Shown: positions 19,367 to 27,864 of the stretch, piece after piece
Layout of the letters: every line of letters begins with the position of its first letter
Position numbering within the stretch: the stretch's first letter is position 1
Source of the DNA: Alphaproteobacteria bacterium
Lineage (GTDB): Bacteria > Pseudomonadota > Alphaproteobacteria > BNTO01
Length of the DNA stretch: 32,000 bases
Reading direction: 5' to 3'
Assembly: GCA_041200185.1 (NCBI GenBank)
Contig: CP165730.1
Coordinates: forward strand, 304,749-336,748
Program-made: the position numbers and the translations under genes
The notes under the pieces: model-generated
Seen by the model: the letters and a program-made list of their open reading frames with translations, nothing else
Told to the model about the DNA's origin: nothing
Databases searched by the model: none

Positions 19367-20005
19367 CTAAACCTTCGCCTTAACGGCATCGCGAACATAA
19401 ACCAAAGAACCTTTCGAACCCGGCACACTACCGCGAATAAAGAGCAAACTCCTCTCCTTATCAACACTGTAGACTTGTAAATTCAATTTCGTGACGCGCG
19501 TATCACCCATATGCCCCGCCATGCGTTTATTTTTAAAGACGCGACCTGGCTCTGTGCGGTTACCCGTCGAACCATGACTTCTGTGACTCACAGAAACACC
19601 GTGCGTTGCCCGAAGACCGCCGAAGCCGTGACGCTTCATGCCACCAGCGAATCCTTTACCTTTCGAGATGCCTGTCACATCCACCAGCTGCCCGTCCGCA
19701 AAGAAGTCAGCATCCAGCACCTCTCCAACCTGCGCCAGAGAATCTTCCGTAACTCGGAATTCCTTAGCGATCTTCTGCGGCTCTATACCCAGCTTAGCAT
19801 AGTAGCCACGCAACGGCTTCGTTAATTTATTAGCACTCACGGGACGGGCCCCGAGCTTCACAGCTACATAGCCGTCTTCCGCCTCTGTCTTGTGTTCAAG
19901 GACTGTACACTTCTCTACACGCAAGACCGTGACGGGGATCTGAACGCCGGACTCCGCAAACAGCTGAGTCATGCCGATTTTTTCTGCGATTAACCCTGTT
20001 CTCAT
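19367..20005 (-). CDS. rplC: 50S ribosomal protein L3
   Basis: Starts [16 protein letters not shown] and contains ...[13 protein letters not shown]..., 212 aa. Confidence 0.96.
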   Translation of the reverse strand: MRTGLIAEKIGMTQLFAESGVQIPVTVLRVEKCTVLEHKTEAEDGYVAVKLGARPVSANKLTKPLRGYYAKLGIEPQKIAKEFRVTEDSLAQVGEVLDADFFADGQLVDVTGISKGKGFAGGMKRHGFGGLRATHGVSVSHRSHGSTGNRTEPGRVFKNKRMAGHMGDTRVTKLNLQVYSVDKERSLLFIRGSVPGSKGSLVYVRDAVKAKV

Positions 20006-20014
20006 AACACCAAC

Positions 20015-20329
20015 CTACAACTTAATTTCGACACCAACACCCGCCGCAAGATCCAGCTTCATGAGGGCATCAACCGTCTGCGGAAGCCAATCCACAATGT
20101 CGATCACCCTCTTGTGCGTACGAATCTCAAACTGCTCTCGAGACTTTTTGAGGATGTGTGGCGAACGGTTCACCGTAAAACGCTGAATACGAGTTGGTAC
20201 GGGAACAGGGCCAAAAACACGCGCCCCCGAACGTTCTGCCGTTGTTACAATCTCCCGAACGGACTGGTCAAGCAAACGATGATCATACGCTTGCAACTTT
20301 ATGCGGATATATTGGCCTTTCATACTCAA
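20015..20329 (-). CDS. rpsJ: 30S ribosomal protein S10
   Basis: ...[16 protein letters not shown]... Only 20 nt separate it from the tuf stop. Confidence 0.96.
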   Translation of the reverse strand: MSMKGQYIRIKLQAYDHRLLDQSVREIVTTAERSGARVFGPVPVPTRIQRFTVNRSPHILKKSREQFEIRTHKRVIDIVDWLPQTVDALMKLDLAAGVGVEIKL

Positions 20330-20349
20330 CTCTCTTCTTTCGCCTTCAA

Positions 20350-21540
20350 CTACTTCAAAATCTTCGACACAACCCCAGCACCTACGGTCCGACCACCCTC
20401 ACGGATAGCGAAGCGAAGGCCTTCATCCATAGCCACCGGTGACAGCAAGTTAACCGTCATTTTGATGTTATCGCCCGGCATAACCATTTCAACACCATCC
20501 GGTAGGGTCACTGTTCCGGTCACATCCGTTGTTCTAAAATAGAACTGCGGACGGTAGTTGGAGAAAAACGGAGTGTGACGTCCTCCTTCTTCCTTCGTCA
20601 AAACATAGACCTCTGCCTCAAAGTCGCAATGCGGAGTAATGGTTCCTGGAGCTGCCAAGACTTGTCCACGCTCAACTTCTTCCTTCTTGGTGCCGCGGAG
20701 CAACACACCGATGTTATCACCCGCCTCACCTTGATCGAGAAGTTTGTGGAACATCTCAACGCCCGTAACAACCGTCTTCGCCGTTGGACGTAAACCAACA
20801 ATTTCGACCTCATCGCTTACCTTCAAGACACCTGACTCCACACGGCCCGTCACAACAGTTCCACGACCCGCGATAGAGAAAACATCTTCAATTGGCATCA
20901 AGAACGGCTTATCTTTCGGGCGATCTGGTTGTGGGATATAAGAATCCACAGCATCCATCAACGATAAAATAGCCTTCTCCCCAATTTCCGGCTCACGATC
21001 TTCCAAGGCACAAATGGCTGAACCACGAATGATTGGAATTTGATCTCCTGGGAAGCCATAAGACGACAAAAGCTCACGAACCTCCATCTCAACAAGGTCC
21101 ACGAGCTCAGGATCATCAACCATATCCATCTTGTTCAAAAAGACGACCAAGGCTGGCACACCTACCTGACGAGCCAACAGAATGTGTTCACGCGTCTGAG
21201 GCATAGCGCCATCAGCTGCTGACACGACCAAAATGGCACCATCCATCTGAGCCGCACCGGTGATCATGTTCTTCACATAGTCGGCGTGCCCCGGACAGTC
21301 AACGTGAGCATAGTGACGCTTTTCGGTTTCATACTCAACGTGTGCTGTTGTGATGGTAATACCACGGGCTTTTTCTTCTGGCGCTTTATCGATCTCATCA
21401 TAGGCCGTAAAGCTTGCCTGACCCTTTTGAGCCAAAACTTTCGTAATGGCCGCCGTTAATGTTGTTTTGCCGTGGTCAACGTGACCAATGGTTCCAATGT
21501 TGCAATGAGGCTTACTCCTCTCGTATTTTGCTTTCGACAT
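20350..21540 (-). CDS. tuf: elongation factor Tu
   Basis: 396 aa, with [18 protein letters not shown] and NKMD motifs. Confidence 0.98.
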   Translation of the reverse strand: MSKAKYERSKPHCNIGTIGHVDHGKTTLTAAITKVLAQKGQASFTAYDEIDKAPEEKARGITITTAHVEYETEKRHYAHVDCPGHADYVKNMITGAAQMDGAILVVSAADGAMPQTREHILLARQVGVPALVVFLNKMDMVDDPELVDLVEMEVRELLSSYGFPGDQIPIIRGSAICALEDREPEIGEKAILSLMDAVDSYIPQPDRPKDKPFLMPIEDVFSIAGRGTVVTGRVESGVLKVSDEVEIVGLRPTAKTVVTGVEMFHKLLDQGEAGDNIGVLLRGTKKEEVERGQVLAAPGTITPHCDFEAEVYVLTKEEGGRHTPFFSNYRPQFYFRTTDVTGTVTLPDGVEMVMPGDNIKMTVNLLSPVAMDEGLRFAIREGGRTVGAGVVSKILK

Positions 21541-21583
21541 CTCGTCCTCCTACTCTCTCAATAAACCGCCCAACCAGGAGATC

Positions 21584-23671
21584 TTAGCTCATTTTCGATT
21601 TAATTTCATCAGCAACCTGCTGAGGAACCTGCTCGTAATGATCAAACTCCATACTAAACTGGGCACGGCCTTGAGACATCGACCTCAAAACATTAACGTA
21701 CCCAAACATATTTGCCAATGGCACCATAGCATGAATCACGCGCGCATTCGCTCGCTGATCCATACCCGACACCTGACCACGACGACTGTTCAAATCGCCG
21801 ATAACATCACCCATGTAATCTTCAGGCGTAACAACCTCAACCTTCATGATCGGCTCAAGCAACTTTGGCTGACAACGACCAATCCCCTCACGGAAGGCCG
21901 CTCTCGCCGCTATTTCGAAAGCCAGCACACTCGAGTCGACGTCGTGGTACGCACCATCCACCAAAGTCGCTTTAAAGTCGACCATGGGGAATCCTGCCAC
22001 TACACCTGTTGTAAGGGCTGACTCCAACCCTTTGATAACACCAGGGATGTATTCTTTCGGGACGGCTCCACCTACGATCTTGCTCTCAAATTGGAACCCA
22101 GATCCCGGCTCTAGAGGCTCAAAAATGAGCTTTATGCGTGCAAACTGACCAGCACCTCCCGACTGTTTCTTGTGGGTATAGTCAATTTCGCCTGTTTTTG
22201 TAATGGTTTCACGATACGCCACCTGAGGGGCGCCGATATTCGCATTAATCTTATACTCGCGCTTCAGGATATCGACCTTAATATCCAAGTGCAACTCCCC
22301 CATCCCTTTAATAACCGTCTGACCTGTCTCAGGGTCGGAGCTGACGCGGAAGGAAGGATCTTCAGACGCCAAACGCGATAGAGCCAAAGCCATTTTTTCC
22401 TGGTCGGCCTTGGTTTGCGGCTCAATGGCGATCTCGATGACCGGATCAGGGAACTCGAGCTTCTCAAGGATAATTGGTTTGCTTTCCGTGCAAAGCGTAT
22501 CCCCTGTAGTGGTGTTCTTGAGACCGCACAGCGCGACAATGTCTCCCGCACGAGCAACTTTGATATCCTCGCGGTTATTTGCATGCATGAGAAGCATGCG
22601 CCCGACGCGCTCGTTTTTGTCTTTTGTCGAATTCAAAACAGACGTCCCCGACTCAAGAACACCACAATAGACCCTCAGGAATGTGATCGACCCCACAAAA
22701 GGATCCGTCGCGATCTTAAACGCCAAGCCAACGAATGGCTCATTTTCACTAATCTTGCGTTCGATCTCAGCACCCGTGTTCATATCAACACCATGCACGA
22801 CTTTCAGATCGAGTGGCGATGGCAAGTAATCTACAATGGCGTCTAGTAGCGTTTGAACGCCTTTGTTCTTGAACGCCGTTCCACACAGAACGGGAACAAA
22901 TTTGCTCGCTAAGACCCCCTTGCGGATACACATCTTGATCTGGTCGACCGAGACGTCTTCACCGTTGAGGTAGGCCTCCATCACACCATCATCCATCTCA
23001 GCGACGGTGTCTAACATCTCCGTATGATATTTTGCGGCGAGCTCTTTCAGATTTTTAGGGATTTCAACTTCCTTGAAAGTAGCCCCATTCTCGTCACCTT
23101 CCCACACGATAGCAACTTGTCGGACGATATCTACGACACCCTTAAAATCTGCTTCGGCGCCAATCGGTAGTTGCAAAACCAACGGCTTCGCTCCAAGGCG
23201 ATCCACAATCATATCCACGCAGCGCAGGAAATTCGCGCCCATGCGGTCCATCTTGTTAACGAAACAAATACGTGGAACGTGGTATTTATCCGCCTGGCGC
23301 CATACAGTTTCAGACTGAGGCTCCACACCAGCAACACCATCAAAAACGGTCACCGCTCCGTCAAGAACACGCAAGCTGCGCTCGACTTCAACCGTGAAGT
23401 CGACGTGACCAGGGGTGTCGATAATGTTGATGCGATGATCTTTCCAGAAACACGTTGTCGCCGCCGAGGTAATGGTGATACCGCGCTCTTGCTCCTGGAC
23501 CATCCAGTCCATCGTCGCCTCACCTTCATGCACCTCGCCGAGGCGGTGCGACTTACCCGTGTAAAATAGAATTCTCTCTGTTGTTGTTGTCTTGCCCGCA
23601 TCAATGTGGGCCATAATCCCAATGTTGCGGTATTTATCTAACGGAACAACGCGTCCATGATCGTCACTCAT
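21584..23671 (-). CDS. fusA: elongation factor G
   Basis: 695 aa, with [23 protein letters not shown] and NKMDR motifs. Confidence 0.98.
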   Translation of the reverse strand: MSDDHGRVVPLDKYRNIGIMAHIDAGKTTTTERILFYTGKSHRLGEVHEGEATMDWMVQEQERGITITSAATTCFWKDHRINIIDTPGHVDFTVEVERSLRVLDGAVTVFDGVAGVEPQSETVWRQADKYHVPRICFVNKMDRMGANFLRCVDMIVDRLGAKPLVLQLPIGAEADFKGVVDIVRQVAIVWEGDENGATFKEVEIPKNLKELAAKYHTEMLDTVAEMDDGVMEAYLNGEDVSVDQIKMCIRKGVLASKFVPVLCGTAFKNKGVQTLLDAIVDYLPSPLDLKVVHGVDMNTGAEIERKISENEPFVGLAFKIATDPFVGSITFLRVYCGVLESGTSVLNSTKDKNERVGRMLLMHANNREDIKVARAGDIVALCGLKNTTTGDTLCTESKPIILEKLEFPDPVIEIAIEPQTKADQEKMALALSRLASEDPSFRVSSDPETGQTVIKGMGELHLDIKVDILKREYKINANIGAPQVAYRETITKTGEIDYTHKKQSGGAGQFARIKLIFEPLEPGSGFQFESKIVGGAVPKEYIPGVIKGLESALTTGVVAGFPMVDFKATLVDGAYHDVDSSVLAFEIAARAAFREGIGRCQPKLLEPIMKVEVVTPEDYMGDVIGDLNSRRGQVSGMDQRANARVIHAMVPLANMFGYVNVLRSMSQGRAQFSMEFDHYEQVPQQVADEIKSKMS

Positions 23672-23680
23672 ACAATCCCC

Positions 23681-24160
<480 letters not shown>

Positions 24161-24172
24161 TCATCAAAAATC

Positions 24173-24544
24173 TTATTTCGGTCTCTTTGCGCCGTACTTA
24201 GAACGCGCCTGTTTACGGTTTTTTACACCCTGGGTATCCAACGTCCCACGGATAATATGATACCGAACACCTGGCAAGTCCTTTACGCGCCCACCACGAA
24301 TCATAACCACGGAGTGTTCCTGAAGGTTGTGTCCTTCACCGGGGATATACCCCGTCACCTCGAAGCCGTTATTGAGGCGGATACGTGCTACTTTTCGCAT
24401 AGCCGAGTTTGGTTTTCTTGGCGTCATCGTAAAAACACGCGTGCAAACACCGCGCTTTTGCGGACACCCCACCAAAGCCGGGACCTTATCCTTCGAAACA
24501 CGTGAAGCCCTTGGCTTACGGATTAACTGATTTATCGTTGGCAT
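24173..24544 (-). CDS. rpsL: 30S ribosomal protein S12
   Basis: The canonical [12 protein letters not shown] starts at ATG 24544 after GGAGGAAG, giving 123 aa. The ORF-track extension to 24784 is upstream read-through of the leader and promoter. Confidence 0.96.
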   Translation of the reverse strand: MPTINQLIRKPRASRVSKDKVPALVGCPQKRGVCTRVFTMTPRKPNSAMRKVARIRLNNGFEVTGYIPGEGHNLQEHSVVMIRGGRVKDLPGVRYHIIRGTLDTQGVKNRKQARSKYGAKRPK

Positions 24545-24650
24545 ACGACTTCTTCTTCCTCCGACCGAAATAAAACCATTGTGAATACACTCCTCCTTAT
24601 CTTCGTCTCGTAGGCACGCAGAAAGCCTTCCGCACACCGCAACGAGTCTG

Positions 24651-24679
24651 ATTCTACAAACAAACCCAAAAAGAGTCAA
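24651..24679 (-). promoter_or_regulatory. sigma70-type promoter of the str/ribosomal supercluster
   Basis: The minus strand reads TTGACT (24679-24674), a 17-nt spacer, then TAGAAT (24656-24651). It lies about 100 nt upstream of the rpsL ATG. Confidence 0.55.
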
Positions 24680-25075
24680 CCGGCCCCCAGCGCACTTTCC
24701 TCTCACGAACTTTTGCGTTGGGGTGGAATCCGTGTCTCCCCCTCCTCTTACTTTCAGTATAAAAACTCCTTCTACCTTTTTCAAAGGGAAAAATAGCCCA
24801 TAAACTCACTGCATTTCTCTTCAGACGAGTACTTAACGCTGAGGATGACATCATTTTTCTCCCGAAACTCCTCCTTTTCGCCATAAGCCTGACTTAAAAT
24901 TATCGAAATGCAGATCTGAGCGGCTTGTCCGTGCCTCATTTTTTTGCGGATATACTTCATTTTTCGCACTTATACATTCCAATCCATACACTTCATTATC
25001 CTCCTTGAAGACTATTTATCACCCTTCATTTCTTTATCTACACTTGTCGATACTTAATTTGTGATTGGCGTCGAT

Positions 25076-25103
25076 TTGATTTTTACTATTCTTGCGCTAT
25101 ACT
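25076..25103 (+). promoter_or_regulatory. candidate promoter of the 25140 gene
   Basis: TTGATT (25076-25081), a 16-nt spacer, then TATACT (25098-25103), about 37 nt before the ATG. AGGA lies upstream of the ATG. Confidence 0.3.
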
Positions 25104-25139
25104 TACTACAAGACTTGAGTATTTGACGTAGGAACAATA

Positions 25140-26186
25140 ATGGCAATAAAAATTTCTGCAATAGCGACAAAAGCTTGTTTGGGATACTTAGCATGTAGCG
25201 CGGTCGGCGTGTACGGATTAGTCCTAAACAAATTTGACAAGATGTTTAGCTCTAGCTTTACTAAGGAAAAGAAAGATAGCCTCAATATCGCACATGCTAC
25301 CTCTGACGAAGCCAAAAGGCTTGTCCAAGCCCTTGTTGAACTCCAAAAACATCCTGACGAAGTGCTGGAAGACGCTGATATTCGCGTGGCAACCTTCATA
25401 TACTCCAATATTTTCCCTCTCGTATCTTCAGCTCAACATACACTCGAAAATCCATCTTCTCAAAAGAACATCGAACTTGATTCAACGAGCTTTGTTAGAC
25501 TTAGATTGTTTTTTATTGATGAAGTTAATGTTAATATTTTTAAATCACTACCAAAACCATTGTCCTCTGCCCTACTCTTCTTAGGTCAGAAATTTGAGAC
25601 TCAGAAAGATTTTTCTCCAACATCTTCGAATGCGGATATTCGAGCCGTTTTAGAGGCTTTGTTAGAATCTCTTCGAGAAATTCAAATTTTGCCCCGGGAA
25701 AAGCAGTTTTTGGAACTTTTCCCGAAGTTCATTTCTTATTGTAAATCGTTTCATGTAACTCGCGAATTTGCTCTTGGAGTCGCTAACCTGAGAACCGAGC
25801 TTCTCATTCTAGGTGCTGACGCTGTTGATTACTCAGACGACCCTCAAAAGCAAAAAAAGTACATTCGGAAAAAATTCGTCAAAATAGCTAGAAAATATTC
25901 AGCAGATAAAAATTTTTATTTGCCACCTGAATTTATGTTTGTGAAGCAAAGCTTGTGGTTACTTGCTGAAACACTATTATCTAAACAAGAGGATATCCGA
26001 AAACTCGCCAAAGAACTCTACACCCCTTTTACTAAATTGCTTATCACGCTGCCCTCGGATAATGAGGATTCGAAACAGTCATCTTCGAAGAAGAACCATA
26101 AAGACAACCGATCCTCAACTCAAGTTCAGGGCCGGCAGATTGCCAAACACACCTTTGGCCTTCTACAGTCCATTTTCGAAAACTGA
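25140..26186 (+). CDS. membrane-anchored hypothetical protein with J-domain-like segment lacking HPD (SAD)
   Basis: 348-aa ORF in AT-rich DNA with an N-terminal hydrophobic segment (ISAIATKACLGYLACSAVGVYGLVL). Residues 221-258, LLILGADAVDYSDDPQKQKKYIRKKFVKIARKYSADKN, align to J-domain helices I-II (YEILGV...EIRKAYKRLAMKYHPDRN). Confidence 0.6.
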   Translation: MAIKISAIATKACLGYLACSAVGVYGLVLNKFDKMFSSSFTKEKKDSLNIAHATSDEAKRLVQALVELQKHPDEVLEDADIRVATFIYSNIFPLVSSAQHTLENPSSQKNIELDSTSFVRLRLFFIDEVNVNIFKSLPKPLSSALLFLGQKFETQKDFSPTSSNADIRAVLEALLESLREIQILPREKQFLELFPKFISYCKSFHVTREFALGVANLRTELLILGADAVDYSDDPQKQKKYIRKKFVKIARKYSADKNFYLPPEFMFVKQSLWLLAETLLSKQEDIRKLAKELYTPFTKLLITLPSDNEDSKQSSSKKNHKDNRSSTQVQGRQIAKHTFGLLQSIFEN

Positions 26187-26234
26187 TAACATCTCAATGC
26201 AGTCGCAAGCTGCAAAAAAAGAGCGAGAGCCCTG

Positions 26235-26257
26235 AAGAGGGGCCCCTCTTTGCTTTG
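26235..26257 (+). terminator. terminator-like hairpin after the 25140..26186 gene
   Basis: Perfect 16-nt palindrome AAGAGGGG/CCCCTCTT (26235-26250) followed by TGCTTTG. Confidence 0.45.
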
Positions 26258-26698
26258 CGCAAACCCGGGCGGCCTGCCAGCGACCACAGGGATCGCGTCG
26301 CAATGGATGTATGGGAGATCTTTTAAAGAGTTACTACTTGGAGTGTTACTAAATATACGAATTGTTATATAAATTTGCAAATACTCTAATCTAGACTACA
26401 CTGGTAAACGACCTGAATGGGAAACGCCGATTTGGCGCAACCATAAACCCAAGGTTTCCTACTAGATCTAACTTAACTGGGCTCTTCCGCTTTTGTTATC
26501 CCTCACCTTAGGCTTGGGATTGTTCCCTATTGGTAGATTTTAGAGTGAATCATTCTTACAGGCTTCTTCAAAGCATAAATACTTGCTATTACGCGGCTTT
26601 TTATTTTATGTTTACGTCAATCTCTAATTACGAAGCAATCCCAGGTTTGTTCGTTTTTTGGCAAGGTAATAGAGTCAAGAAGAAGAGCTCCGCCAACC

Positions 26699-26736
26699 GT
26701 GGCTTCGCGGCTTACCGCACAGAAGCCACTCGTTTT
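26699..26736 (+). terminator. terminator-like hairpin with T-tract on the plus strand (no assigned upstream gene)
   Basis: GTGGCTTC-GCGG-ctta-CCGC-aca-GAAGCCAC (26699-26729) followed by TCGTTTT (26730-36). The minus-strand version has no U-tract. Confidence 0.4.
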
Positions 26737-26789
26737 GACCTCATTCTGCCTTGTTATTTGACCTCATTCTGCCTTGTTATTTGACCTCA
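26734..26789. repeat. perfect tandem direct repeat, 23-nt unit x about 2.4
   Basis: TTTGACCTCATTCTGCCTTGTTA occurs at 26734-26756 and 26757-26779, then a partial TTTGACCTCA at 26780-26789. It spans the stop codon of the minus-strand ORF. Confidence 0.95.
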
Positions 26790-27166
26790 GAAGCCTTCTT
26801 TTGGCCGGACAGTTCTTCTCTTAAACGGTTTGCCTCTTGCATCATCTTAAAAATTTTCTCAAACTGCCAAACATTAACCGGTATACAGTAAGTCGTGCTC
26901 ATCCAAGACCCTTCCCCTAAAAGTTGAGACAAAACTTTTTTCCCTGTTGGGTCTTTAACGCACAGCTTAACCCATTTGTTCTGGACATTAACGGGGTATG
27001 TTTCAGGGACCTCGACTTCGACTGTATGCCAGAGTCCACTTCCTATCAGAGAAACCTTCACACCATCCTCGCACATATTGATTTCTTGGGCATGATCAGC
27101 GGCTTGAAGGACTACTCCTGTTGAAAAAACTAAACTTGAAACGATGCAGAAAAATCTATTAAACAC
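26777..27166 (-). CDS. exported hypothetical protein (orphan)
   Basis: ORF 26777..27283. AGGAG (27178-27174) lies 7 nt before GTG 27166, giving the signal-peptide-like MFNRFFCIVSSLVFSTGVVLQA|AD. A near-consensus promoter sits inside the longer ORF-track version, so I prefer the shorter start. GTG 27190 is an alternative. Confidence 0.5.
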   Translation of the reverse strand: MFNRFFCIVSSLVFSTGVVLQAADHAQEINMCEDGVKVSLIGSGLWHTVEVEVPETYPVNVQNKWVKLCVKDPTGKKVLSQLLGEGSWMSTTYCIPVNVWQFEKIFKMMQEANRLREELSGQKKASEVK

Positions 27167-27244
27167 GTGATATCTCCTCTTTAACTTCACAAAACTCGGA
27201 GAAGTCGCCTCTAAATTTAAAACAAAATCTCCGCCACAACTTTC

Positions 27245-27273
27245 AATATATAGAATAAATCTGTTTTTGTCAA
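27245..27273 (-). promoter_or_regulatory. sigma70-type promoter of the 26777..27166 gene
   Basis: The minus strand reads TTGACA (27273-27268), a 17-nt spacer, then TATATT (27250-27245). Confidence 0.5.
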
Positions 27274-27864
27274 ATATCAGCAAGTTAAACTATTTTCTCT
27301 CGTTAAGTACATTTTCCGAGACTTTTCTGAATATACAGGCAACGTCGCATCGTAGCCCCTGTGCTACTGGATGGCTCCGCGCCGATGTCCTGGTCAACTT
27401 ACATCGTGACAATATTATGAATTATTTTTCACACATACATGCTTCTATTTAAATCAATTTTGATGGTTAGTATACAAAAATTGTTCAGACATTCCTTTCG
27501 GAATCATCCATCTTTCCAGTCGTTTCTCAGTCGCTAGCTTGAGGACGACGACCGGTCGCGTTGAGCATGCGAGCCGTACCTTTTTTCTAAAAACCCAACC
27601 TTGCACGTGGAGGAAAAGGAAAAAGAGTTGTCAAAATTATTCAAACATCTCTTGCAAAGTAATCTCCACTTTCCACTTTTGTGATGGTCTGACCGTAACA
27701 GTTAGAGCCTATACTACAACAAAACCCATTATCCAACGAATTAACTCTTTGAGAAGAGTCGAAAATATGAACTCAAAACATCCAGTACTTATGAACCGCG
27801 GAGTGGTCATGCGGGAGCTGCACAAACAGGTCCCCCTCAAATCAAAGGCCCCTCAACAGGCCTA

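Noticed and set aside
24545-24784. An 80-aa N-terminal extension of the rpsL ORF (ORF track 24173..24784).
   Set aside because: Canonical S12 starts at MPTINQ (ATG 24544) behind GGAGGAAG. The extension runs through the mapped TTGACT-N17-TAGAAT promoter and the leader.
24781-24969. A 62-aa minus-strand ORF (MKYIRKKMRHGQAAQ...) upstream of the str promoter.
   Set aside because: It has no SD, sits in an AT-rich spacer, and has no recognisable features. I could not support it as a gene.
26530-26784. An 84-aa plus-strand ORF (TTG start).
   Set aside because: It reads through the strong hairpin and the tandem repeat, its Phe/Tyr-rich composition is typical of AT-rich non-coding DNA, and it has no SD.
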